In this document: one piece after another, positions 1 to 13,475 of the stretch
How positions within the stretch are numbered: position 1 is the stretch's first letter
Layout: each line of letters begins with the position of its first letter
Assembly (NCBI RefSeq): GCF_036321535.1
Contig: NC_087436.1
Span: 51,462,001 to 51,526,000, forward strand
DNA from: Camelus dromedarius
Lineage: Eukaryota
Direction of reading: 5' to 3'
DNA: 64,000 nucleotides
Made by a program: the position numbers and the translations under genes
The notes under the pieces: model-generated
The model's input: the letters and a program-made list of their open reading frames with translations, nothing else
Told to the model about the DNA's origin: nothing
The model's database searches: none

Positions 1-1609
1 GAAAGTCATTTGGAATGGAGAAAGTTAAAAGTCCCCTGTCCTTCTTCTTTTTTTTTTTTTTTAATTCTTTGAGTGTAAGAAGAGAATAAGTTCACCCACA
101 CAAAAAAATTTAAATATGATAGTAAATCTCTAATACACTAAGAAGTCAATTTCTTTGGACAAACTGCCTGCAAAGCAGCATTCCTTATAAATGTTGAATG
201 TTTCTTATTCTCAGCTTTATTCCAGTTGAGAAATTGATATTCAGAAACTTGGGTACCTATTAAAGTTAATGAAGAAAGAAAGGTTGACTAGGCAAGAGCA
301 AGTAACAAATTTTAAAACAAGCCACTACGAGGTCTCCAGGCTGATTATCAGTCCATTCATTCACTCTGGAGAATGTTATTTGGAAAGTGAAGACTCTACC
401 TGTTTCATTTTTCAGGCTTTGCTTCTCTTTGTCCAAGATGTAACCATGGGAAAAAATGCCCAACTTAGAAAATTTTGACTAAACTATTAAGCTTATCAAA
501 AAAGAATGTTCATTATTTTGCATTCCTGATCTTACTGAGAATAATGACTTTATTAGTAAATGCCTTCTCTCCCCTCAATATTCATAAATCATATGGCTTT
601 CCAAAATATCACTGGGAATTGACACTGTATTTGTTATTCCACAGTTGTGAGGCTATTTCTGGAAAATCAAGATATTTGCCAAACTTGGCACCTCTCTAAT
701 TTCCATGTTTTCTCAAAGATTACCAAGAGTGATGTCTTTGTTTCAGTGACCCAGCATGTAATACAACTGAGCCTGCAAACTTGGATTCATTTAAACGACT
801 GAGATGGTCTTTAATCCCTTCTAAATTTTCAAATCCTTCATGTTGCTTTGACTTTTCTAGTTCGAATGTGCTTCACATCAGGGGAGATGGAGACAAAACT
901 CTCTGTATTTTGTCATCTGTTAGTATCAGAGCAACTACTCCAAGCAGAGTACCTGATCCTTCTTTATTCTTCCATGTCGAAACACAGGTAAAGAATTTCC
1001 TCCACTTGGCTTTTATTTCCTCAAATATAGATTTAATTAACATAACTTAACAAATCCCTCAGAGCATCTGTTAGGTGCCAAACACAAGGTGGTACATGCA
1101 TAGATGACTCACACCACTAATCGTTGTTCAGATTTGCCCCTACTGGCCTGGCCACCTTTCCTCTGATCTCAACATGGCCTCTTCAAATGTGAGTTCATTG
1201 GAGAACTTACTATAAAACTTCGTTTACTTCTTTATAAAATTTCCTCTCTATGTTTTCTTATTGTGATTGGAAGGTTAAAATTTCATTGGTTTGTGTTTAT
1301 TGGATTATGTTTATTATCTGCTTGTGATTATTGTTACTATTTAATAATCCCCAAATTAGGTTTGCTTATTACTGTTGTTAGTTCAAACTTCTGAGAGATG
1401 AATTCTGCAGAGTGAGGGACAGATGTCTCCTGTGTGACTCCTCAAGGAACAGAGTCCCATGCTATCTGGATAAACAGAGTCCCCTCTCACTAATATACCT
1501 TGTATTTTTGCCAGTTTTAAACAGTCATTAGGAGAGGGTATGCCACATTCTTCTGGCTCTCTTGTGCTTGCACAAATATGTTTCAATAGGCTGCTACTCT
1601 CAGCTTTCT

Positions 1610-1870
1610 CATTTTCATTCATTCATTCAACAAACACACAGTGAGCATCTCCTTTGTGTCAGGCACTTTTCTACACACTTGGATATAACAGTGAACACAA
1701 CAGAGCAGAATTTCTGTGCTTGTGGATTTTAGAGGATGACGGAGGGAAACAGTCAACATAAATTAAAAAAAAAGAAGTCTAGTATGTTAATAGGTAATGG
1801 GCATTGAGGAGAAAAAAAAAAAAAACAGAGCAGAGGAAGAGGGACCAGGAGTACAAGTGTCACAGAGAGG
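1610..1870 (-). mobile_element. L2 3'-end fragment
   Basis: ttcattcattcattcaacaaac...gagcatctcctttgtgtcaggcact...gatataacagtgaacacaaca, the reverse complement of the typical L2 tail. Confidence 0.75.
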
Positions 1871-4479
1871 ACAGTGCACATAATATTAAAATGCTCCATT
1901 CAGGTACTGCGTATTTATACACCTTCTCATTACCCGCCTTTCGTCCACTCCCATATTCCATTCATGCATCCTACCTGGTAAAATCTTTTTTCAGTGTTTT
2001 CACCTCGCTGTGGCAGCTTTGCTTTTGTCATGTTAAAACCTCTGCGTTATGCATTCTATTAACATCGACTCTTTCTTACTTTCTCCTGAAAAGCACGGGG
2101 GGCTCTTCTACCCTTGATGTTTGCCCTGAGAAGTAAACATCACACCTAATGGCTTCCTTGACACACCAGGATGGCAGAGTTTGGCAGATAATGGGAGGTG
2201 GCCAAACACAAAAGGACCAACAAGGATGGGATGTTTTGAGAACAAGAAAGGTAAAGGAGACTAAAACAGGGAGGCAGTTACTGATTTGACTAGATTGCTA
2301 TATTCTTGCTCAGAATATTCTTCCCTGAAATATCCAAAATGTAATGGCCTTTAACATCTCAAATGTTCAGTTTTATTGTTTCAGCTTCTTTTTTATTCCT
2401 TCCCCACAAAAGTATCAGATTACAGTATAGTTTGGAACTGACACTGGATGTACCGGCTTTAAATGTTTTTTTTTTTCCTAGCCTTCATGAGACACTCCAT
2501 CCCTCCCCGGCAGACGCGCACCACGTTATCACGCAGCAGGCCAAGGCAACTGAAGACTTCTCTTTGAAGGCTTTAGTGTGTTTATCTGTCCCCTTTCCAT
2601 ATATGCCTTCTTCCTTTTCTCAAGTCACAAGCTTCAAGAAGGGCAGGAGACAGAAATAACACACAGGCTCCCAAACGCTTCCGTTTCCTAGTTAGAATAA
2701 AGACTGACAGGCAGATAATGAAATGCTGTTCTGCTCACCTCCCAATGGTGAGGCATCTGATGAGAAGTTTCTGAAAGTACGAGGAGCTATACAGGGAAAA
2801 CCTATCTGTCCCCTTCTTGCTCCTACTCGATATTTCTTACAAGACCTAGTAAGATGCTGGAGCCTAGAAGGTGTGGAGGTTCCTCACAATGGAAAAAGAG
2901 CCTTAAAGATACTGACATAAAGTCTTTCGAGGTGAGTGAGGACACGTAGCCGTACGGCTCACTCTGGGGTTACAATCTAGCTGTCTTCTTTGCTGTCGCT
3001 GATTCATGAATTCTGTTGATTCATGGTTCACTAAATCATTTTTGACTTGAAAGAACTACCCTTTCCAGTAAAAATGCTGTATCATTTAAGTAAAGATACA
3101 AGTTTTACCTGTAAAACTGAGATAATACCTCATCAGGTTGCTTTGATCGGCGAATAGCATGGCGCATACTTAGTGCACACACACAGCCTGAGACACAGTC
3201 GGGGTGCAAGAGATATTTGCCCCTCCTTCCCCCAAACAAATGAAAATGTGTAATAATAATCTGCATAACTATAGAAGAAAAAAAGAATGATTATTAGTGA
3301 CAGACACAGCCTCTCCGAAGTCAATTCAAGTAAATCCACGTGGCCATAATAAAAATCACTTTAAATCATGAACGAGGCAAGCTTAGTCATGTGTGTCATA
3401 GTAGTATTCTTATTTAAAATTTCCCCAAGTGTTTTAATGTAATCAGAACGTGAACAGCCCTTAGTACGTATATCAGCAGCCCAGCCCCTCAACCCCCAAA
3501 GCTGGAGGAGAGGTATAATAAAGCAGCCTTCTGGGAGCTCACATACGATTCTTTCCATCTACAACTTTGCCACACCCTTTGGAAAACTGAAGCATCTTCT
3601 TAGAAAATATCTGGGACCTGAGCACTACTATTCACTTGAAATGCTTTCATGTTTTGTCCACACTGGCTTCCTCCTGGTCCTTCTCATTCACACAGATTTC
3701 TTCTCCTTCTCCGGAGTTCTTGAATAACTATGAATAAGTAAAGTGCTTTGAGGAGGATAAGGGCCTCTGGGAAACACAATATGGGGCCTAATTTAGTCTG
3801 GGGTCAGAGATAGTGATGCTTAAGCTGAGGTACAGATGGTGGAAGTTGGCCAAGTGTACAGGACACAGGTGCAAAGGTCCTGAGGCCCTTCCCTAAGGAA
3901 AGGGAGACCACGACACTGGAGGAGCCAAGGGAAGTCTGATACAGGTGAAGCTGAGGGAAAGAGGGGAGATTGGGGAAAATGTATCATTACCTACTATTGT
4001 TTTATGCTTTTACAACCCTTGTAAACAGTGAATTTTTTGGCGAGTACCATGTCTTCTGTTCCTCATGTAGTTTTTTACCAAGAAGCCATACACTAAAATG
4101 TGCTGATTGACACATTGACTCTGTAAGGAAAACCAGTATATTGAGAAGTCTCAGGTTAGGGTCTATGCACACGCATGCATACACACACATTTATTGGTTA
4201 TCCACAAATTCCAGGCACTTTTTAAAGCAAATTGCACATATTAATTAATCTAATCCTCTTAGCTATTATACCTCATTTTACAAAGGACACTAAAGCGCAA
4301 AGAAATTAATTAACTTTCTCAAACATAAAAACTGCTAAATCGTAATTAATATCTAGAAAACCGGGTAGTAAAGCTTGGGAGCTTGAGCATTTAATCACTA
4401 GGCTATGAGATATTTCATGTTTTCTCTGTTAATTGTTCTGAAGTGTGCTTGGTCAAGGTCACCTTCCCCAGCCCCCCTG

Positions 4480-5360
4480 AATTCCCCACTACTTCTGCTG
4501 CACCGCTACCTGCGGTCTAGACCTCTCCCCTGAAACCGAGATCTGGATCTTGGCACCACACTTTCTACTGGCATCTCAGTTTGAATATAAAACAGGTACT
4601 TCAAGTCAACCTGTCCCTGTCCCAAATGAGCGCACACTTCCCTCTCAGAACTTCTCTTTCCTCTTTATGAACCACTCACTGCACCATTTCCCCAGGCACT
4701 TAGGTGCTAGAAACTTTCTGCCCCATCAGTGCTGCCACCATGGCCTCCTGTCCTGTCACCTTAAGTCCTTGCTAACAGGACTGCCTCCCACCTTCCCCTC
4801 TGTCACTATCTCAGTTCAGCTCCTCCTCCTCATTCATCTAATTGGTCCCTTTGCATCGGATTTCGCTGACAACACATTCTCCATCGTGTGGCCAGAATGT
4901 TCTTTTTAAATCTTGATGACTGTCTGTCACTCTCCTGCCCAAACCTCTGTCCCTACTGTCCCAGGGACTAAGGATTAATTTGTCAGTCAGACTGACTTTG
5001 AGCCTTTCATCTTGTAAATTCTCCTGTGACAGACCACATGGTGCCTTTGTTATTAAAGATGTTTTAGTTTTTTCCAATAAATCGTATTTTCTCTCACTTC
5101 TGGCCTCTGCTCAGCCTACACTTTAGGGCTAGAATGTCCAGTCTTTACTTCAGTTGGTTAACTCCTATCAGTTCATCAGAAAACAACTGAGAGGATAGAT
5201 GACCCCTCAGAGTGTTTGGATGACATCTCAAGTATCAGTACTTACCACACTGTCACGTCGCTCAAGGCAGAGTCCATTTCATTAATATTTGTATCCTCAA
5301 GGTATGCTACAGGACCTAGTGCCCTGATTGATATCCAATAAATCTTTTTGAATAAAATAA
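4480..5360 (+). mobile_element. L2 3' portion, highly decayed
   Basis: Pyrimidine-rich L2-like body ending ...tttgtatcctcaaggtatgctacaggacctag...caataaatctttttgaataaa. Confidence 0.65.
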
Positions 5361-6399
5361 TTTATTTTTAATTGAAAGAATCTCAAATGCTTAAACAAAT
5401 ATTTTCCTGTTTTTTTTTTTTTTTGCCTTTTCCCTCTTTTACCTCTCTGCATTTTAGCTCCCATGTCTGTGTGCAGAGTTAGCTGCAAAGTCTGATTTTA
5501 GATCAACACATACTCTAAATTATGGAATTACAAGAGTGAGATTTACAAATTGTTTAGGACTCATATTAAAGAGAGAGCTCAATTTTTTCCTGCACGGTGA
5601 CTTTAGAATGTGAAACAATTTCGGAGACCCTCTCGTCTGGCACGCTTACTTACTTTCCACAGGAGAGCGATGTCAGGATGTGCGCCTGGTTGCTTCACTC
5701 ACTTATGCTATTTTCTCAATCCCAGCTTTCCAGCTCAGCCCTCAGCACACAGTACAGTGTACGGAGAAACCCAGGCCTCCTGAGCTCTCTGAGGAAGCGG
5801 GCCCACGGTGCCACCACAGGCCACAGCCTCCTGCCTGGTTTACTGGAGGTGTTTCCCACGAGGCTGATGGAGGCCTGCCCGACGGCCCAGAGCTGGCAGT
5901 GCACACAGAGCGCAGGCTCCGAGGCTGTGCAGGGGCAGAATTCTGTGGAATGACTTTGGGCAATGCAGCTGCAGAATCAATTAGACTGACTAGAGTCCCC
6001 GGCTGCCGATTTTAGTAAGACCAGAAAAATGAAAATGCTGAGGCGGGTAGTCACCCAGATGTTCAGCCTGCTGATGGGTGCATCACCCTTCGTTCTTCCT
6101 GATCTCTCTTTGGTTCCTGGGACACCTCATGATATAAATAAGCACCGCTCTTACTGTCACGTGAAGTCCAAGTGCCGCAGGGGCTCAAAATAGTGCAGTG
6201 AAAACCATCTTCCCCTGAGTCATTTTCATGGCTCAGGAGCCTTAGTGACCCCACAAGCGGATTAGCAGGAAGGTTTGTAACAATAACATAAAAAACAGGA
6301 AGGAAAAAGAACGCCAAAGAAATACTGGAGAAATACTAGCAGTATTAATCAACTGTCAAAATGAAAAATCTGGAATAAAATGTAAACTTTCCCATTTTT

Positions 6400-6544
6400 T
6401 ATTTTATTTTTTGGGGGGAGGGATATAATTAGGCTTACTTATTTATTTATTATGCTTATTTATTTAGTGGAAGTACTGGGGATTGAACCCAGGACCTCAT
6501 GCATGCTAAGCATGTGCTCTACCACTGAGCTATACCCTCCCCCC
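6400..6544 (-). mobile_element. tRNA-Ala-derived SINE of the camelid vic-1 type, full length
   Basis: Minus strand GGGGGGAGGGTATAGCTCAGTGGTAGAGCACATGCTTAGCATGCATGAGGTCCTGGGTTCAATCCCCAGTAC..., with A box (6532-6522), B box (6489-6480) and AT-rich/A tail. Flanked by a 17-bp TSD: taaactttcccattttt (6383-6399) and taaaccgtcctattttt (6545-6561), 3 mismatches. Confidence 0.88.
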
Positions 6545-6979
6545 TAAACCGTCCTATTTTTATTAGAAAGCAAACTTCTTACTATCACCTCTATCAAATA
6601 TGCACAAATCAAATATATATTTGATATATATAAACTATATATGTCTATCATCTCTATCAAACCTACACTATAGTAAGTATATGGTTATCACACTTTCCCC
6701 ACTTTGAAAGCTGGCTTCACATAGAACCCCACAGCCCCACATCATATTTATGACGAATGAAGGACACAAGCCTCCAGGACAAGACTCCCACATTTACTCC
6801 CACATTTACGTTTCAGAACTGGCAGTTTTTCTTTATCCTCCTGCAGGTTCCCACAAATGTCAAAGTAACTCAGATAAGAAGGAAAAGTCTCCTATTCTAG
6901 ACAAGGGTTGTAGGAAATCCCAGTAAACTTGAGGGTGATGTCAGTCAAAACTAAATGAAAAACACATGTCCTTCTTTGC

Positions 6980-8175
6980 TTTGTCAGCTGAGAGGGCCTA
7001 GAAGCACTGCTCAACCAGCCGCGCTGCGTTGTCCCAGACCTTCGCCTCTAATGTCGTTTTCCAGTAAAAGAAATCAGAGCTCCCTGAGAAATGGCCGATA
7101 CCAGAACAAGGACGGGAAGCACACAAGATGATACACAAAGCATAGCACCGGAAAGTAAAGAAGGGCTGAAGATAAAACCCATCATGATGGGTATATCAAA
7201 GGGACGAGAAACCAACTGAAATAGCTCCAACCGCCAAGGCTAGAACAATTTGGAAACAAAATAAAGTAGAAATGGATTGTGGACCAAAAGGATAAAATAA
7301 ACACCCATGAGTCATACTGATGTAAACGACTGTATAAAATAACTAAGTGGGGGAGCACAGGCAGTCCTCCTGCGCAGAAGGATCCTGTACACTTTACATA
7401 AATGCTGCATCCTCAAGGAGGTAGAGCGTACGCACCTGGCCACGCCCTTGGGGTGAGCCACCGCCACACCGTGACTCTGACCAGGGTGGAAAGCCTTGGT
7501 GAGGACTGGGGTTTGGAAAAAAAGAGGCTGGAGCATAAATCCCCACTCCTCAAGTTGGGGCAGTACACAGTGACTTCCTTCCACAGAGGACAGTATGAAG
7601 TGGGTGTGGGGAGTAGTTTATAGTGGAGAATCCTGGCAAACACCACCCAGCCAGGTGACCAAGGATAACAACAGTGGTGAGTCCTGCTGACAGTCTCCAC
7701 CATCCATGTGATGAGACTGGCACTGTACCCTTGTGGTCTTCCTCACCCAGACCCATATCCTCTGTCTAACCATGAGAGAAACATCAGACAAGTCCTGCTT
7801 GAGGCACAGTCTACAAGACACCTGACCAGTGATCCCCAACACTGAGAGGTCACCAAAAACATGGAAAGCCTGAGATACTGTCACATCCAAGAGGAGTCTG
7901 AGGAGACATGACAACTACACGCAATGTAATATCCTGGGTGGGATCCTGGAACAGAAAAAGGGCATCAGGTAAAAAACTCAGGAAATCTGAAAATCTGAAT
8001 AAAGTACGTACTTTAGTTTGTGGTAATATATCAATACTGGCTTATTAACTGGGATAAATGTACTATACTAATGTTGAATGTTAAAGAGAAAATTGGGTGG
8101 AGGGTATATGGAAACTCTTTACTATCTTCGTAACTTTTCTTTAAATCTAAAAGTATTCTAAAATATAAAAGGTTA
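6980..8175 (+). mobile_element. Old L1 3' UTR (L1MC/L1MD-type)
   Basis: Motifs ctgagagggcctagaagca, gagaaacatcagacaa, ggatcctggaacagaaaaagg and the terminal gggtatatggaaactct...taaatctaaaagtattctaaaa typical of L1MC 3' ends. Confidence 0.8.
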
Positions 8176-8719
8176 TTTTTTAATTGATGAAATGACTTTA
8201 TAAATCATGTTTTTTTCTATCCAAAAAATTGAAGGGAAAAGTCCATTGTAATAATGTACAAAACATCGATCATTCTCATTACATTCATTTATCAAGAGAA
8301 ATAAGTATATGCCTCATAATGATATGCAGGGGAGGAAAAGTTGAAAGAATACATCTCTGGGGGCAATAATCACAAAGTAAATTAGAGTGAGCTGACAACA
8401 AACGAGCTCTGTGTATGTTGGTTTAAGGATGCATCCAGTGGTCAATAGGGAAGCTAGGAGTTGACTTTGCTCTTGCTCACTTAACTGTGTCATTTAGAGG
8501 ATTTCTGAGTAGCACCAGCGAAACTAACTTGTCAGAGGAGATCAGTTTCAGTAATTTTAATGTTATTTTTGCAAACTGCTTTCTTACTGATGTATTTTAT
8601 CTTTGATAACGCCTTCAGAATTTCTGGACACATTTAAAATATGTTTTTATTAAAATTATGTTAAGTTTCAAGTTTGCTTCATCCTAAGTTTGTGCCCATA
8701 GCTGAGATGTGTGCAAAAC

Positions 8720-9110
8720 ATGTGGCAGAGATAGTTCTCCCCAAATAGTCCACGTGTTCAACTACATTTCTTAGAATCCCCTGTGGTGGGGTTGGGGCCA
8801 GGTGACTTGACTAGGCCAATGATTTGTGAGAGAAAGTGATGTCAGTCACTTCTGGGCAGAGGCAGTTAAGAGCCTGGGTCTCTAAACCTCTGTCTCTTTA
8901 TGCTCCTGCCACTGCGACTTCAGAAGCCATGTTTCCAGGTGCTGCTGGTGTCAGATGGTACAGCATCCATTAGCCCAGGTGTCTGAGTCATTGCGTGGAG
9001 CAGATCCTCCCCCCAAACCCCACCAGCCTATGCTGAACAAGTGATACGTATTATATACTGTATTATGCCAGGAGACAGTTTGTTGCTATATTTATGTTAA
9101 TTACCCTACT
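8720..9110 (+). mobile_element. MaLR LTR (MLT1I/J-like)
   Basis: ctacatttcttagaatcccctgtgg...ggccaggtgact...ggccaatg...gaaagtgatgtcagtcacttctgggcagaggcagttaagagcc, a typical MLT1 core. Confidence 0.7.
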
Positions 9111-10349
9111 ACTACTAGCAAGGAAAATTGCATATATTTTAAGAAATCATTATGACATTTTAGGTTATCTTGTTACAGGTAGTCAGAAATAGGTTTTGAG
9201 ATTACTATAAGGTTTATCTGCCACAGATCCCAAGTCACAATACCTTACACCACAAAGGAATATTGTGAAATTTAAAAGACAGCAGGTGTAGAAATTCTGA
9301 GTAGGGACAGAGGCTTTTGTAGAACCTGCTTGGGAAGGAAGGTGGCTCTCATCAAGCCACAAAAAAAATACATCAATTGAAAATATTGAAAGAATGGATA
9401 TTCCAGAAAAAAATACATCTCAGGTAGAGGGGATGGGTAACAGTACCTACTGCTTGACCTGGTTTTCAGGAACATGGGATAAAAAAAAACTTAGACCATG
9501 TTACTGCTGGAGGAAGGGAAAGATGGGTGTTTACTGGATATAGTTTAAAGTATTTTGGGGACTAACTACAAGATGGCACATGTCATTGTTATAAAACACG
9601 GGAGTATAAAGAGAGAGCATATTCACTCTGCATGCAAAGGTCTCAGAGACCACCTTTGGTTTACAGTATCTTTAGTCATTAGTCTATACAGGGAATGGGT
9701 TTTATGGATAGAGGTTCCCCAAGAGGTATCTACCGCTCACTTAATCATGCCTGATAGATGTATTGTCATTTTTTTTTCCTGGTAATTAAACTTCCTTAAT
9801 ATGGCTGCAGTGAGAAGGTTTGTTCCACATTTCATAGATCCCTAAGCCGTCCATAATATACTAATTACTTGAGGTAATTTTGACAGGTTCTATCAATTGT
9901 TACACATATATGAAATTTTCAACAGCACTTGATGATAAATTGAATAATAAATATGCTGAATTCAAGGAACAACCCTTTTCTCTCTCCCCTGCCCCACTTT
10001 TTTATTTTAATAAATTACTTTAAAAACTAAAATAGATCCTTTCTCAAAAAGTAGATTTTGGGCCTTGGTAAATTCCTCTCCTCTCAACTAATGAATAGTC
10101 CCAGTGGCCCACTAATGAGCTTAATGCATTTTTCAGAAAATTAATAGCTCACAAAAGATTTACATTTCAATTTACATCCACAAGGCAATTTTCTGACACA
10201 GCTGTTTTCCTGATTGACTCCTTAAGAACTTTTCATGCAACTTTTTCATTGCTTTGCTTTTAGAATTTCAGTGTGGGTGTTCAATTTTCCTACGCTAATG
10301 TGTAGATAATCTGTTTTCTTCAACTTTAGAAAGGTTTTTTTTTTTTTAA

Positions 10350-10630
10350 TGCAATAAAAGAAAACAAAGATCCCTGTCCTCATAGTACTTACTTTCTCAG
10401 TAGGGTAAGGTGGATGATGGAGGCAGATAATAAATACTGCTATGTAGTATTTCAGAAAGTGGTAAGTGCTGAGAAAAGGGGCAGGCTGAGCAGAATAAAG
10501 GAGGAATTGGAGTTACAGGTGAAGAGGGGATTGGGGTTGGCAATTTTAAACAGAGTGGTCAGAGCAGACTTCATTGTGATGACATTTTAGCAAGTTCCTG
10601 AAGAATGTGAGGGAGTTGGCCATGGTCCTG
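10350..10630 (-). mobile_element. L2 fragment
   Basis: aaagatccctgtcctcatagtacttact...cagagtggtcagagcagacttcattgtgatgacattttagcaagttcctgaaga. Confidence 0.6.
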
Positions 10631-13146
10631 ATTATGAAAAGTGCAGGTAAACATGCTCATAAAATAAGTGGACAATGAAGAACCGTGGTACTGGTGACTA
10701 TGTATGAAATCTGGAATAGGTTCCCCCAGCAAAGTTGTTTTAAGATGGCTTTACAACACCAGGGCAGTCACAGTAGTGCCTGCTACGGGACTGGACATGG
10801 AATCTTCAGCTTACTGGAGAATGGTTCTGAAGTTTGTGGGTGAGTTAGTGGTTTGGTTTGGTTTGGTTTTAGGCTTTGGTTGTCTTTAAGCTACGGTCAT
10901 ACAGCTCCTGACTACATCGATCAGAAAGGCCTCTTAAGCTTTGATTGTCTTGATCTGACAAAAATGACATTTAAACGTCTCTTTATAAACCTAAAATAAA
11001 GGAGTAGTTCTTGTTTCTAGGGTTCATTTGGGATGCACGTGATGGAGGCTCCCACTGCTCATAAATTTCTTTCATCTCCATCAGAGATCAAGAGTTTCTC
11101 CTTCAAAGAGCACAGCCATCAGATCATTTCCCTGTCACTTCCCCCAGCTGTGTTTCCTATTACAGCCTCTTGGCACATCTGACACACACAACTTGGTTTA
11201 CTCACCTGGTCACTGCTGGGCAGAGAGATACTAGAGGACCCACTTTAGGCAGGTAAGTTGAAGGGCTACAGTCTCCTTTGTTGACTATACAGCCCAGTTC
11301 AGCAGACACTTACAGCTGCTAATGAAGGTTTTTGCAGCTCATTCTGGAAGCTCCACCACAGTTAATGCTATTACATGCTTGGCCTCCTTTCTAGCAAAAA
11401 GAGTTCCCATCTCCATGCCCACAGCTTTGTCTTTGCCGTTTGGCTTCACGTTTACATCGGGCAGCTTACTGGTGGCATCCAGGCCCTAAGGCAGGATTCA
11501 CAATATTTATGTGGTTGCAGTGAGACACACTTTCAGACACCCTTTTTTTTTTTTTTTTTTCAAAACGGAATGGATACAAAGACCTAAATCACTTTAAACA
11601 AGCCAGCAATAATTACAGGAGAATCCTGACTGCAAAAGGCCAGTGTCTCAGTGTTCATCCAAGTGTCCCCCTATCCATTTGGTAGCCTTTCAGCCCTGTC
11701 ACGAGGTCTTGAGTGGAACAGTTTATTGCCCTGACCAGCTCTCCACTAAACTGGTGAGGAAGGACTGTCACTCTTGCGGTAAGTATCTGGCCTTCCATTG
11801 GTACACTCTTGATGTTACTTCCTTTCCTCTTTGGCAGTAAGCTGTTCCGGTCTCTGCATTACATTATGCTATCTGGCTTAATATGCTCTTTGACAGTCAT
11901 CACTATAACATCATACACGCTAAATTATTTTTTAAAATACATGTGGCTCAAATCTGATGTTACCCTTGTGAGGAGACTGCAACAGAGCAGTGAGAACTGC
12001 TGCCTTGAAAGACATGCACCTCTCTTATTAAGGTCCAGATTTAACAACCTTTTGTATTAGGCCAGAGGTGCTGACGCTACAGCCATATAAAACCTTGCAC
12101 CTTTTACATTTGTTTTTCTTCCACTGACTTGTTTTCTCAGAAAAAGAAATTACTCCCAGTGGGTGCTCTCATGCTTAACATTTTTTTATTTTTCCTTACC
12201 TGACTCTCCACTGATCATTAAATATGCTACCTGTTACGCCAACATAAACAAAACTCTAAGGCTTGTTTCCATTAGTTTTTCCAAATAATCTCTTTCTGCA
12301 GCCCTGTCCCCACCACGCATCATTGTTTTTGATAAATTTCACAATAGTCACTTGCCAATTATTCATGGCATCAGTTTGTCTAGAATTCACGCTTGCATTT
12401 GAAAGGGAGCAGAATTTATCGTACAGCTAATTCAGAGTATGAATTGTGGAGGCAAGAAGATTTTTTGGTGTACGTTCTCCAGATGATGTATGGAGGTAAC
12501 TCCACCTCATGGGCCACTTCAAATCACAGGAAAAAGACCATGATGTCAAATAGCCTTAGAGAAACACCTTTACAGTATTTATTTTAATGATTATTCTTAT
12601 CACATATCTTCATAGTCTCATCCTGCAATTTTTGCTCATCCACTAAGTCTATTGTTTTGCTTCTTATCTACATTTGGAGGGTGGGCTTAACTCTATTTGA
12701 AAAGAAAATCTTCATGATTTGCTTCCTCTAGTACATGTACATATTTCCTGGAAGAGTGGGTGGTCTCACCTTAATTCTTCTTTCAGAAATATAACAATGT
12801 TACTGATATGGAGGGGAGACAGCTCATTAAAGAAGGAAAAGACCGCTCAGTGGATGACAAGCGCTACACCATCAGCTGTAATCTCATCTTCAGTGTTACG
12901 TTCAGAAACTGTTCAAGCTACGCTCTAAGGCAATGATGGTGGTGAGAGTTGTCTCTTGCAAAACAACAGCCCTCCACTTTCTGACATAGCACAATTTATT
13001 GAAGTATTTAATATATACATGTTTCAGGAAATGCAACTACAACAAGACAAATAACCTGAAACCATAAGAAATGTCCCTGTAGAAAAGTCCAGATTCTGAC
13101 TTCATTGTCAGAGGACCTGAGAGAAGTTTTGTGAGCACATGTGGAT

Positions 13147-13475
13147 TGTTAAGTTAGTTACACAAGGAGGTCATGACACTGAGGCGGTTCTAATGCCACG
13201 GTGGCCTACTCTGGGCAAACCAAACCCTAAGCCTATATGTAAATGCCTCAAGGGTATAAAATCAAAACAAAAGGGAAAGCAATCATAGCAGACAACTAGT
13301 CTTTAAGCTCTACCCAGTCAGTGACGTCCTTGCCTGTTTTCTGCAAAAGTGTTTCCTCCGGCTCCTGTCAGTGGAGCGTTCCTAACCACTGTGCTTTGGC
13401 ACTGTCTGATTGGAACTGATTTCTGATCAAATAAACTCTTAAAATGTTTAATGTGCCCCAATCTATCTTTTAACA
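13147..13475 (+). mobile_element. ERV1-class solo LTR (329 bp)
   Basis: Terminal inverted repeat tgttaa...ttaaca (TG...CA), TATAAAA at about 13256, and caaataaactctt...atcttttaaca, an ERV1-like polyA/U5 end. The 4-bp TSD is degenerate (ggat/agac). Confidence 0.7.

Noticed and set aside
5597..6015. Overlapping 118-aa and 111-aa ORFs
   Set aside because: No recognisable domain, non-ATG starts, and ORFs on both strands; explained by locally higher GC content giving fewer stop codons.
6470..6544. tRNA-Ala gene
   Set aside because: The tRNA-like head is followed by an AT-rich tail and bracketed by a TSD, so it is a SINE.
6784..6809. 12-bp tandem duplication actcccacattt x2
   Set aside because: Ordinary slippage duplication with no functional hint.
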